64,000 bases of DNA from Eledone cirrhosa (Eukaryota): the NCBI GenBank assembly GCA_964016885.1, contig OZ024752.1, positions 16,802,001-16,866,000 on the forward strand. The letters run 5' to 3'. This document shows positions 1 to 12,800 of the stretch, piece after piece (within the stretch, counting starts at the first letter, position 1; the number at the start of each line of letters is the position of its first letter). The position numbers and the translations under genes were made by a program. Under the pieces are notes generated by a model. The model searched no databases. It was not told the DNA's origin and saw nothing but the letters and a program-made list of their open reading frames with translations.

Positions 1-2619
1 GATCACTCTGATGTCAGCCGTGTGTGGTAGTCTGTCTATGGGAAGGATCACTCTGATGTCAGCCGTGTGTGGTAGTCTGTCTAGGGGAAGGATCACTCTG
101 ATGTCAGCTGTGTGTGGCAGTCTGTCTAGGGGAAGGATCACTCTGATGTCAGCCGTGTGTGGTAGTCTCTCTAGGGGAAGGATCACTATTATGTCAGCTG
201 TGTGTGGACGTCTGTCTAGGGGAAGGATCACTCTGATGTCAGCCGTGTCTGGTAGTCCGTCTAGGGGAAAGATCACTCTGATGTCAGCGGTGTGTGGTAG
301 TCTGTCTAGGGGAAGGATCACTCTGATGTCAGCTGTGTGTGGTAGTCTGTCTAGGGGAAGGATCACTCTGATGTCAGCCGTGTTTGATAGTCTGTCTAGG
401 GGAAGGATCACTCTGATGTCAGCCGTGTGTGGTAGTCTGTCTAGAGCAAGGATAACTCCGATGTCAGCCGTGTGTGGTAGTCTGTCTAGGGGAAGAATCA
501 CTCTGATGTCAGCTGTGTGTAGTAGTCTGTCTAGGGGAAGGATCACTCTGATGTCAGCTGTGTGTGGTAGTCTGTCTCGGGGAAGGATCACTCTGATGTC
601 AGCCGTGTGTGGTAGTCTGTCTAGGGGAAGGATCACTCTGATGTCAGCCGTGTGTGGTAGTCTGTCTAAGGGAAGGATCACTCTGATGTCAGCTGTGTGT
701 GGCAGTCTGTCTAGGGGAAGGATCACTCTGATGTCAGCCGTGTGTGGTAGTCTGTGTAGGGGAAGGATCAATCTGATGTCAGCTGTGTGTGGTAGTCTGT
801 CTCGGGGAAGGATCACTCTGATGTCAGTCGTGTGTGGTAGTCTGTCTAGGGGAAGGATCACTCTGATGTCAGCTGTGTGTGGTAGTCTGTCTCGGGGAAG
901 GATCACTCTGATGTCAGCCGTGTGTGGTAGTCTGTCTAGGGGAAGGATCACTCTGATGTCAGCTGTGTGTGGCAGTCTGTCTCGGGGAAGGATAACTCCG
1001 ATGTCAGCCGTGTGTGGTAGTCTGTCTAGGGGAAGAATCACTCTGATGTCAGCCGTGTGTGGTAGTCTGTCTAGGGGAAGGAACACTCTGATGTCAGCTG
1101 TGTGAGGCAGTCTGTCTAGGGGAAGGATCACTCTGCTGTCAGCCGTGTGTGGTAGTCTCTCTAGGGGAAGGATCACTCTGATGTCAGCTGTGTGTGGTAG
1201 TCTGTCTAGGGGAAGGATCACTCTGATGTCAGCCGTGTGTGGTAGTCTGTCTAGGGGAAGGATCACTCTGATGTCAGCTGTGTGTGGTACTCTGTATAGG
1301 GGAAGGACCATTCTGATGTCAGCTGTGTGTGGTAGTCTGTCTCGGGAAAGGATCACTCTGATGTCAGTCGTGTGTGGTAGTCTGTCTAGGGGAAGAATCA
1401 CTCTGATGTCAGCCGTGTGTGGTAGTCTGTCTAGGGGAAGGATCACTCTGATGTCAGCTGTGTGTGGCAGTCTGTCTAGTGGAAGGATCACTCTGATGTC
1501 AGCCGTGTGTGGTAGTCTCTCTAGGGGAAGGATCACTCTGATGTCAGCTGTGTGTGGTAGTCTGTCTAGGGCAAGGATCACCCTGATGTCAGCTGTGTGT
1601 GGCAGTCTGTCTAGGGGAAGGATCACTCTGATGTCAGCCGTGTGTGGTAGTCTGTCTAGGGGAAGGATCACTCTGATGTCAGCTGTGTGTGGTAGTCTGT
1701 CTAGGGGAAGGATCACTCTGATGTCAGCTGTGTGTGGTAGTCTGTCTAGGGAAGGATCACTCTGATGTCAGCTGTGTGTGGTAGTCTGTCTCGGGGAAGG
1801 ATCACTCTGATGTCAGCCGTGTGTGGTAGTCTGTCTAGGGGAAGGATCACTCTGATGTCAGTCATGTGTGGTAGTCTGTCTAGGGGAAGGATCACTCTGA
1901 TGTCAGCTGTGTGTGGTAGTCTGTCTAGGGGAAGGATCACTATGATGTCAGCCGTGTGTGGTAGTCTGTCTAGGGGAAGGATCACTCTGATGTCAGTCAT
2001 GTGTAGTAGTCTGTCTAGGGGAAGGATCACTCTGATGTCAGCCGTGTGTGGTAGTCCGTCTAGGGGAAGGATCACTCTGATGTCAGTCATGTGTGGTAGT
2101 CTGTCTAGGGGAAGGATCACTCTGATGTCAGCTGTGTGTGGTAGTCTGTCTAGGGGAATGATCACTCTGATGTCAGTCATGTGTAGTAGTCTGTGTAGGG
2201 GAAGGATCACTCTGATGTCAGCTGTGTGTGGTAGTCTGTCTAGGGGAAGGATCACTCTGATGTCAGCCGTGTGTGGTAGTCTTCTAAGGGAAGGATCACT
2301 CTGATGTCAGCCGTGTGTGGTAGTCTGTCTAACGGAAGGATCACTCTGATGTCAGCTGTGTGTGGCAGTCTGTCTAGGGGAAGGATCACTCTGATGTCAG
2401 CCGTGTGTGGTAGTCTGTCTAAGGGAAGGATCACTCTGATGTCAGCCGTGTGTGGTAGTCTGTCTAGGGGAAGGATCACTCTGATGTCAGCCGTGTGTGG
2501 TAGTCTGTCTAAGGGAAGGATCACTCTGATGTCAGCCGTGTGTGGTAGTCTGTCTAAGGGAAGGATCACTATTATGTCAGCTGTGTGTGGACGTCTGTCT
2601 AGGGGAAGGATCACTCTGA

Positions 2620-5600
2620 TTTCAGCCGTGTCTGGTAGTCCGTCTAGGGGAAAGATCACTCTGATGTCAGCGGTGTGTGGTAGTCTGTCTAGGGGAAGGA
2701 TCACTCTGATGTCAGCTGTGTGTGGTAGTCTGTCTAGGGGAAGGATCACTCTGATGTCAGCCGTGTTTGGTCGTCTGTCTAGGGGAAGGATCACTCTGAT
2801 GTCAGCCGTGTGTGGTATTCTGTCTAGAGCAAGGATAACTCCGATGTCAGCCGTGTGTGGTAGTCTGTCTAGGGGAAGAATCACTCTGATGTCAGCTGTG
2901 TGTAGTAGTCTGTCTAGGGGAAGGATCACTCTGATGTCAGCTGTGGGTGGCAGTCTGTCTAGGGGAAGGATATCTCTGATGTCAGCCGTGTGTGGTAGTC
3001 TCTCTAGGGGAAGGATCACTCTGACGTCAGCTGTGTGTGGTAGTCTGTCTAGGGGAAGGATCACTCTGATGTCAGTTGTGTGTGGCAGTCTGTCTAGGGG
3101 AAGGATCACTCTGATGTCAGCCGTGTGTGGTAGTCTGTCTAGGGGAAGGATCACTCTGATGTCAGCTGTGTGTGGAAGTCTGTCTAGGGGAAGGATCACT
3201 CTGATGTCAGCTGTGTGTGGTAGTCTGTCTAGGGGAAGGATCACTCTGATGTCAGCTGTGTGTGGTAGTCTGTCTAGGGGAAGGATCACTCTGATGTCAG
3301 CTGTGTGTGGTAGTCTGTCTAGGGGAAGGACCACTCTGATGTCAGCTGTGTGTGGTAGTCTGTCTCGGGGAAGGATCACTCTGATGTCAGCCGTGTGTGG
3401 TAGTCTGTCTAGGGGAAGGATCACTCTGATGTCAGCTGTGTGTGGTAGTCTGTCTAGGGGAAGGATCACTCTGATGTCAGCCGTGTTTGGTCGTCTGTCT
3501 AGGGGAAGGATCACTCTGATGTCAGCCGTGTGTGGTATTCTGTCTAGAGCAAGGATAACTCCGATGTCAGCCGTGTGTGGTAGTCTGTCTAGGGGAAGAA
3601 TCACTCTGATGTCAGCTGTGTGTAGTAGTCTGTCTAGGGGAAGGATCACTCTGATGTCAGCTGTGGGTGGCAGTCTGTCTAGGGGAAGGATCACTCTGAT
3701 GTCAGCCGTGTGTGGTAGTCTCTCTAGGGGAAGGATCACTCTGACGTCAGCTGTGTGTGGTAGTCTGTCTAGGGGAAGGATCACTCTGATGTCAGTTGTG
3801 TGTGGCAGTCTGTCTAGGGGAAGGATCACTCTGATGTCAGCCGTGTGTGGTAGTCTGTCTAGGGGAAGGATCACTCTGATGTCAGCTGTGTGTGGTAGTC
3901 TGTCTAGGGGAAGGATCACTCTGATGTCAGCTGTGTGTGGTAGTCTGTCTAGGGGAAGGATCACTCTGATGTCAGCTGTGTGTGGTAGTCTGTCTAGGGG
4001 AAGGATCACTCTGATGTCAGCTGTGTGTGGTAGTCTGTCTAGGGGAAGGACCACTCTGATGTCAGCTGTGTGTGGTAGTCTGTCTCGGGGAAGGATCACT
4101 CTGATGTCAGCCGTGTGTGGTAGTCTGTCTAGGGGAAGGATCACTCTGATGTCAGTCATGTGTGGTAGTCAGTCTAGGGGAAGGATCACTCTGATGTCAG
4201 CCGTGTGTGGTAGTCTGTCTCGGGGAAGGATCACTCTGATGTCAGTCGTGTGTGGTAGTCTGTCTAGTGGAAGGATCACCCTGATGTCAGCCGTGTGTGG
4301 TAGCCTGTCTAGGGGAAGGATCACTCTGATGTCAGCTGTGTGTGGTAGTCTGTCTAGGGGAAGGATAACTCTGATGTCAGCTGTGTGTGGTAGTCTGTCT
4401 CGGGGAAGGATCACTCTGATGTCAGCCGTGTCTGGTAGTCTGTCTAGGGGAAGGATCACTCTGATGTCAGTCATGTGTGGTAGTCTGTCTAGGGGAAGGA
4501 TCACTCTGATGTCAGCTGTGTGTGGTAGTCTGTCTAGGGGAAGGATCACTCTGATGTCAGCCGTGTGTAGTAGTCTGTCTTGGGGAAGGATCACTCTGAT
4601 GTCAGTCATGTGTAGTAGTCTGTCTAGGGGAAGGATCACTCTGATGTCAGCCGTGTGTGGTAGTCTGTCTAGGGGAAGGATCACTCTGATGTCAGCCGTG
4701 TGTGGTAGTCTCTCTAGGGGAAGGATCACTCTGATGTCAGCTGTGTGTGGTAGTCTGTCTAGAGGAAAGATCACTCTGATGTCAGTTGTGTGTGGCAGTC
4801 GTCTAGGGGAAGGATCACTCTGATGTCAGCCGTGTGTGGTAGTCTGTCTAGGGGAAGGATCACTCTGATGTCAGCTGTGTGTGGTAGTCTGTCTAGGGGA
4901 AGGATAACTCTGATGTCAGCTGTGTGTGGTAGTCTGTCTAGGGGAAGGATCACTCTGATGTCAGCTGTGTGTGGTAGTCTGTCTAAGGGAAGGATCACTC
5001 TGATGTCAGCTGTGTGTGGTAGTCTGTCTAGGGGAAGGACCACTCTGATATCAGCTGTGTGTGGTAGTCTGTCTCGGGGAAGGATCACTCTGATGTCAGT
5101 CGTGTGTGGTAGTCTGTCTAGGGGAAGGATAACTCTGATGTCAGCTGTGTGTGGTAGTCTGTCTCGGGGAAGGATCACTCTGATGTCAGCCGTGTGTGGT
5201 AGTCTGTCTAGGGGAAGGATCACTCTGATGTCAGTCATGTGTGGTAGTCTGTCTAGGGGAAGGATCACTCTGATGTCATCTGTGTGTGGTAGTCAGTCTA
5301 GGGGAAGGATCACTCTGATGTCAGCCGTGTGTGGTAGTCTGTCTAGGGGAAGGATCACTCTGATGTCAGTCATGTGTAGTAGTCTGTCTAGGGGAAGGAT
5401 CACTCTGATGTCAGCCGTGTGTGGTAGTCTGTCTAGGGGAAGGATCACTCTGATATCAGCCGTGTGTGGTAGTCTGTCTAGGGGAAGGATCACTCTGATG
5501 TCTGCTGTGTGTGGTAGTCTGTCTAGGGGAAGGATCACCCTGATGTCAGCCGTGTGTGGTAGTCTGTCTAGGGGAAGGATCACTCTGATGTCAGCCGTGT

Positions 5601-8600
5601 GTGGTAGTCTGTCTAGGTGAAGGATCACCCTGATGTCAGCCGTGTGTGGGAGTCTGTCTCGGGGAAGCATCATTCTGATGTCAGCCATGTGTGGTAGTCT
5701 GTTATGGGAAGGATCACTCTGATGTCAGCCGTGTGTGGCAGTCTAGCTAGGGGAAGGATCACTCTGATGTCAGTCGTGTGTGGTAGTCTGTCTCGGGGAA
5801 GGATCACTCTGATGTCAGTCGTGTGTGGTAGTCTGTCTAGGGGAAGGATAACTCTGATGTCAGCTGTGTGTGGTAGTCTGTCTAAGGGAAGGATCACACT
5901 GATGTCAGCCGTGTGTGGTAGTCTGTCTAGGAGAAGGATCACTCTGATGTCAGTCATGTGTGGTAGTCTGTCTAGGGAAAGGATCACTCTGATGTCAGCT
6001 GTGTGTGGTAGTCTGTCTAGGGGAAGGATCACTCTGATGTCAGCCGTGTGTGGTAGTCTGTCTAGGGGAAGGATCATTCTGATGTCAGTCATGTATGGTA
6101 GTCTGTCTAGGGGAAGGATCACTCTGATGTCAGCCGTGTGTGGTAGTCTGTATAGGGGAAGGATCACTCTGATGTCAGCTGTGTGGTAGTCTGTCCAGGG
6201 GAAGGATCACCCTGATGTCAGCCGTGTCTGGTAGTCCGTCTAGGGGAAAGATCACTCTGATGTCAGCGGTGTGTGGTAGTCTGTCTAGGGGAAGGATCAC
6301 TCTGATGTCAGCTGTGTGTGGTAGTCTGTCTAGGGGAAGGATCACTCTGATGTCAGCCGTGTTTGGTCGTCTGTCTAGGGGAAGGATCACTCTGATGTCA
6401 GCCGTGTGTGGTATTCTGTCTAGAGCAAGGATAACTCCGATGTCAGCCGTGTGTGGTAGTCTGTCTAGGGGAAGAATCACTCTGATGTCAGCTGTGTGTA
6501 GTAGTCTGTCTAGGGGAAGGATCACTCTGATGTCAGCTGTGGGTGGCAGTCTGTCTAGGGGAAGGATATCTCTGATGTCAGCCGTGTGTGGTAGTCTCTC
6601 TAGGGGAAGGATCACTCTGACGTCAGCTGTGTGTGGTAGTCTGTCTAGGGGAAGGATCACTCTGATGTCAGTTGTGTGTGGCAGTCTGTCTAGGGGAAGG
6701 ATCACTCTGATGTCAGCCGTGTGTGGTAGTCTGTCTAGGGGAAGGATCACTCTGATGTCAGCTGTGTGTGGAAGTCTGTCTAGGGGAAGGATCACTCTGA
6801 TGTCAGCTGTGTGTGGTAGTCTGTCTAGGGGAAGGATCACTCTGATGTCAGCTGTGTGTGGTAGTCTGTCTAGGGGAAGGATCACTCTGATGTCAGCTGT
6901 GTGTGGTAGTCTGTCTAGGGGAAGGACCACTCTGATGTCAGCTGTGTGTGGTAGTCTGTCTCGGGGAAGGATCACTCTGATGTCAGCCGTGTGTGGTAGT
7001 CTGTCTAGGGGAAGGATCACTCTGATGTCAGCTGTGTGTGGTAGTCTGTCTAGGGGAAGGATCACTCTGATGTCAGCCGTGTTTGGTCGTCTGTCTAGGG
7101 GAAGGATCACTCTGATGTCAGCCGTGTGTGGTATTCTGTCTAGAGCAAGGATAACTCCGATGTCAGCCGTGTGTGGTAGTCTGTCTAGGGGAAGAATCAC
7201 TCTGATGTCAGCTGTGTGTAGTAGTCTGTCTAGGGGAAGGATCACTCTGATGTCAGCTGTGGGTGGCAGTCTGTCTAGGGGAAGGATCACTCTGATGTCA
7301 GCCGTGTGTGGTAGTCTCTCTAGGGGAAGGATCACTCTGACGTCAGCTGTGTGTGGTAGTCTGTCTAGGGGAAGGATCACTCTGATGTCAGTTGTGTGTG
7401 GCAGTCTGTCTAGGGGAAGGATCACTCTGATGTCAGCCGTGTGTGGTAGTCTGTCTAGGGGAAGGATCACTCTGATGTCAGCTGTGTGTGGTAGTCTGTC
7501 TAGGGGAAGGATCACTCTGATGTCAGCTGTGTGTGGTAGTCTGTCTAGGGGAAGGATCACTCTGATGTCAGCTGTGTGTGGTAGTCTGTCTAGGGGAAGG
7601 ATCACTCTGATGTCAGCTGTGTGTGGTAGTCTGTCTAGGGGAAGGACCACTCTGATGTCAGCTGTGTGTGGTAGTCTGTCTCGGGGAAGGATCACTCTGA
7701 TGTCAGCCGTGTGTGGTAGTCTGTCTAGGGGAAGGATCACTCTGATGTCAGTCATGTGTGGTAGTCAGTCTAGGGGAAGGATCACTCTGATGTCAGCCGT
7801 GTGTGGTAGTCTGTCTCGGGGAAGGATCACTCTGATGTCAGTCGTGTGTGGTAGTCTGTCTAGTGGAAGGATCACCCTGATGTCAGCCGTGTGTGGTAGC
7901 CTGTCTAGGGGAAGGATCACTCTGATGTCAGCTGTGTGTGGTAGTCTGTCTAGGGGAAGGATAACTCTGATGTCAGCTGTGTGTGGTAGTCTGTCTCGGG
8001 GAAGGATCACTCTGATGTCAGCCGTGTCTGGTAGTCTGTCTAGGGGAAGGATCACTCTGATGTCAGTCATGTGTGGTAGTCTGTCTAGGGGAAGGATCAC
8101 TCTGATGTCAGCTGTGTGTGGTAGTCTGTCTAGGGGAAGGATCACTCTGATGTCAGCCGTGTGTAGTAGTCTGTCTTGGGGAAGGATCACTCTGATGTCA
8201 GTCATGTGTAGTAGTCTGTCTAGGGGAAGGATCACTCTGATGTCAGCCGTGTGTGGTAGTCTGTCTAGGGGAAGGATCACTCTGATGTCAGCCGTGTGTG
8301 GTAGTCTCTCTAGGGGAAGGATCACTCTGATGTCAGCTGTGTGTGGTAGTCTGTCTAGAGGAAAGATCACTCTGATGTCAGTTGTGTGTGGCAGTCGTCT
8401 AGGGGAAGGATCACTCTGATGTCAGCCGTGTGTGGTAGTCTGTCTAGGGGAAGGATCACTCTGATGTCAGCTGTGTGTGGTAGTCTGTCTAGGGGAAGGA
8501 TAACTCTGATGTCAGCTGTGTGTGGTAGTCTGTCTAGGGGAAGGATCACTCTGATGTCAGCTGTGTGTGGTAGTCTGTCTAAGGGAAGGATCACTCTGAT

Positions 8601-9820
8601 GTCAGCTGTGTGTGGTAGTCTGTCTAGGGGAAGGACCACTCTGATATCAGCTGTGTGTGGTAGTCTGTCTCGGGGAAGGATCACTCTGATGTCAGTCGTG
8701 TGTGGTAGTCTGTCTAGGGGAAGGATAACTCTGATGTCAGCTGTGTGTGGTAGTCTGTCTCGGGGAAGGATCACTCTGATGTCAGCCGTGTGTGGTAGTC
8801 TGTCTAGGGGAAGGATCACTCTGATGTCAGTCATGTGTGGTAGTCTGTCTAGGGGAAGGATCACTCTGATGTCATCTGTGTGTGGTAGTCAGTCTAGGGG
8901 AAGGATCACTCTGATGTCAGCCGTGTGTGGTAGTCTGTCTAGGGGAAGGATCACTCTGATGTCAGTCATGTGTAGTAGTCTGTCTAGGGGAAGGATCACT
9001 CTGATGTCAGCCGTGTGTGGTAGTCTGTCTAGGGGAAGGATCACTCTGATATCAGCCGTGTGTGGTAGTCTGTCTAGGGGAAGGATCACTCTGATGTCTG
9101 CTGTGTGTGGTAGTCTGTCTAGGGGAAGGATCACCCTGATGTCAGCCGTGTGTGGTAGTCTGTCTAGGGGAAGGATCACTCTGATGTCAGCCGTGTGTGG
9201 TAGTCTGTCTAGGTGAAGGATCACCCTGATGTCAGCCGTGTGTGGGAGTCTGTCTCGGGGAAGCATCATTCTGATGTCAGCCATGTGTGGTAGTCTGTTA
9301 TGGGAAGGATCACTCTGATGTCAGCCGTGTGTGGCAGTCTAGCTAGGGGAAGGATCACTCTGATGTCAGTCGTGTGTGGTAGTCTGTCTCGGGGAAGGAT
9401 CACTCTGATGTCAGTCGTGTGTGGTAGTCTGTCTAGGGGAAGGATAACTCTGATGTCAGCTGTGTGTGGTAGTCTGTCTAAGGGAAGGATCACACTGATG
9501 TCAGCCGTGTGTGGTAGTCTGTCTAGGAGAAGGATCACTCTGATGTCAGTCATGTGTGGTAGTCTGTCTAGGGAAAGGATCACTCTGATGTCAGCTGTGT
9601 GTGGTAGTCTGTCTAGGGGAAGGATCACTCTGATGTCAGCCGTGTGTGGTAGTCTGTCTAGGGGAAGGATCATTCTGATGTCAGTCATGTATGGTAGTCT
9701 GTCTAGGGGAAGGATCACTCTGATGTCAGCCGTGTGTGGTAGTCTGTATAGGGGAAGGATCACTCTGATGTCAGCTGTGTGGTAGTCTGTCCAGGGGAAG
9801 GATCACCCTGATGTCAGCCG
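2620..9820. repeat. Tandem higher-order duplication, unit 3596 bp (80 monomers); each unit contains an internal 720-bp (16-monomer) duplication
   Basis: ORF track offsets are exactly 3596 (4169/7765, 4790/8386, 5704/9300). Private variants recur at that offset (GGATATCTCTG ~2969/6565, TGGAAGTC ~3173/6769, GTCCAGGG ~6193/9789). GTTTGGTCGT recurs at a 720-bp offset (~2765/3485). Boundaries approximate. Confidence 0.92.
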
Positions 9821-12800
9821 TGTGTGGTAGTCTGTCTAGGGGAAGGATCACTCTGATGTCAGCTGTGTGTGGTAGTCTGTCTCGGGGAAGGATCACTCTG
9901 ATGTCAGTCGTGTGTGGTAGTCTGTCTAGGGGAAGGATAACTCTGATGTCAGCTGTGTGTGGTAGTCTGTCTCGGGGAAGGATCACTCTGATGTCAGCCG
10001 TGTCTGGTAGTCTGTCTAGGGGAAGGATCACTCTGATGTCAGTCATGTGTGGTAGTCTGTCTAGGGGAAGGATCACTCTGATGTTAGCTGTGTGTGGTAG
10101 TCTGTCTAGGGGAAGGATCACTCTGATGTCAGCCGTGTGTGGTAGTCTGTCTAGGGGAAGGATCACTCTGATGTCAGTCATGTGTGGTAGTCTGTCTAGG
10201 GGAAGGATCACTCTGATGTTAGCTGTGTGTGGTAGTCTGTCTAGGGGAAGGATCACTCTGATGTCAGCTGTGTGTGGTACTCTGTATAGGGGAAGGACCA
10301 TTCTGATGTCAGCTGTGTGTGGTAGTCTGTCTCGGGAAAGGATCACTCTGATGTCAGTCGTGTGTGGTAGTCTGTCTAGGGGAAGAATCACTCTGATGTC
10401 AGCCGTGTGTGGTAGTCTGTCTAGGGGAAGGATCACTCTGATGTCAGCTGTGTGTGGCAGTCTGTCTAGTGGAAGGATCACTCTGATGTCAGCCGTGTGT
10501 GGTAGTCTCTCTAGGGGAAGGATCACTCTGATGTCAGCTGTGTGTGGTAGTCTGTCTAGGGCAAGGATCACTCTGATGTCAGCCGTGTGTGGTAGTCTGT
10601 CTAGGGGAAGGATCACTCTGATGTCAGCCGTGTGTGGTAGTCTCTCTAGGGGAAGGATCACTCTGATGTCAGCTGTGTGTGGTAGTCTGTCTAGGGGAAA
10701 GATCACTCTGATGTCAGTTGTGTGTGGCAGTCGTCTAGGGGAAGGATCACTCTGATGTCAGCCGTGTGTGGTAGTCTGTCTAGGGGAAGGATCACTCTGA
10801 TGTCAGCCGTGTGTGGTAGTCTGTCTAGGGGAAGGATCACTCTGATGTCAGTCATGTGTGGTAGTCTGTCTAGGGGAAGGATCACTCTGATGTCAGCTGT
10901 GTGTGGTAGTCTGTCTAGGGGAAGGATCACTATGATGTCAGCCGTGTGTGGTAGTCTGTCTAGGGGAAGGATCACTCTGATGTCAGTCATGTGTAGTAGT
11001 CTGTCTAGGGGAAGGATCACTCTGATGTCAGCCGTGTGTGGTAGTCCGTCTAGGGGAAGGATCACTCTGATGTCAGTCATGTGTGGTAGTCTGTCTAGGG
11101 GAAGGATCACTCTGATGTCAGCTGTGTGTGGTAGTCTGTCTAGGGGAATGATCACTCTGATGTCAGTCATGTGTAGTAGTCTGTGTAGGGGAAGGATCAC
11201 TCTGATGTCAGCCGCGTGTGGTAGTCTGTCTAGGGGAAGGATCACTCTGATGTCAGCTGTGTGTGGTAGTCTGTCTAGGGGAAGGATCACTCTGATGTCA
11301 GCCGTGTGTGTTTGTCTTCTAAGGGAAGGATCACTCTGATGTCAGCCGTGTGTGGTAGTCTGTCTAACGGAAGGATCACTCTGATGTCAGCTGTGTGTGG
11401 CAGTCTGTCTAGGGGAAGGATCACTCTGATGTCAGCCGTGTGTGGTAGTCTGTCTAAGGGAAGGATCACTCTGATGTCAGCCGTGTGTGGTAGTCTGTCT
11501 AGGGGAAGGATCACTCTGATGTCAGCCGTGTGTGGTAGTCTGTCTAAGGGAAGGATCACTCTGATGTCAGCCGTGTGTGGTAGTCTGTCTAAGGGAAGGA
11601 TCACTATTATGTCAGCTGTGTGTGGACGTCTGTCTAGGGGAAGGATCACTCTGATTTCAGCCGTGTCTGGTAGTCCGTCTAGGGGAAAGATCACTCTGAT
11701 GTCAGCGGTGTGTGGTAGTCTGTCTAGGGGAAGGATCACTCTGATGTCAGCTGTGTGTGGTAGTCTGTCTAGGGGAAGGATCACTCTGATGTCAGCCGTG
11801 TTTGGTCGTCTGTCTAGGGGAAGGATCACTCTGATGTCAGCCGTGTGTGGTATTCTGTCTAGAGCAAGGATAACTCCGATGTCAGCCGTGTGTGGTAGTC
11901 TGTCTAGGGGAAGAATCACTCTGATGTCAGCTGTGTGTAGTAGTCTGTCTAGGGGAAGGATCACTCTGATGTCAGCTGTGGGTGGCAGTCTGTCTAGGGG
12001 AAGGATCACTCTGATGTCAGCCGTGTGTGGTAGTCTCTCTAGGGGAAGGATCACTCTGACGTCAGCTGTGTGTGGTAGTCTGTCTAGGGGAAGGATCACT
12101 CTGATGTCAGTTGTGTGTGGCAGTCTGTCTAGGGGAAGGATCACTCTGATGTCAGCCGTGTGTGGTAGTCTGTCTAGGGGAAGGATCACTCTGATGTCAG
12201 CTGTGTGTGGTAGTCTGTCTAGGGGAAGGATCACTCTGATGTCAGCTGTGTGTGGTAGTCTGTCTAGGGGAAGGATCACTCTGATGTCAGCTGTGTGTGG
12301 TAGTCTGTCTAGGGGAAGGATCACTGTGATGTCAGCTGTGTGTGGTAGTCTGTCTAGGGGAAGGACCACTCTGATGTCAGCTGTGTGTGGTAGTCTGTCT
12401 CGGGGAAGGATCACTCTGATGTCAGCCGTGTGTGGTAGTCTGTCTAGGGGATGGATCACTCTGATGTCAGTCATGTGTGGTAGTCTGTCTAGGGGAAGGA
12501 TCACTCTGATGTCAGCCGTGTGTGGTAGTCTGTCTCGGGGAAGGATCACTCTGATGTCAGTCGTGTGTGGTAGTCTGTCTAGTGGAAGGATCACCCTGAT
12601 GTCAGCCGTGTGTGGTAGCCTGTCTAGGGGAAGGATCACTCTGATGTCAGCTGTGTGTGGTAGTCTGTCTAGGGGAAGGATAACTCTGATGTCAGCTGTG
12701 TGTGGTAGTCTGTCTCGGGGAAGGATCACTCTGATGTCAGCCGTGTCTGGTAGTCTGTCTAGGGGAAGGATCACTCTGATGTCAGTCATGTGTGGTAGTC

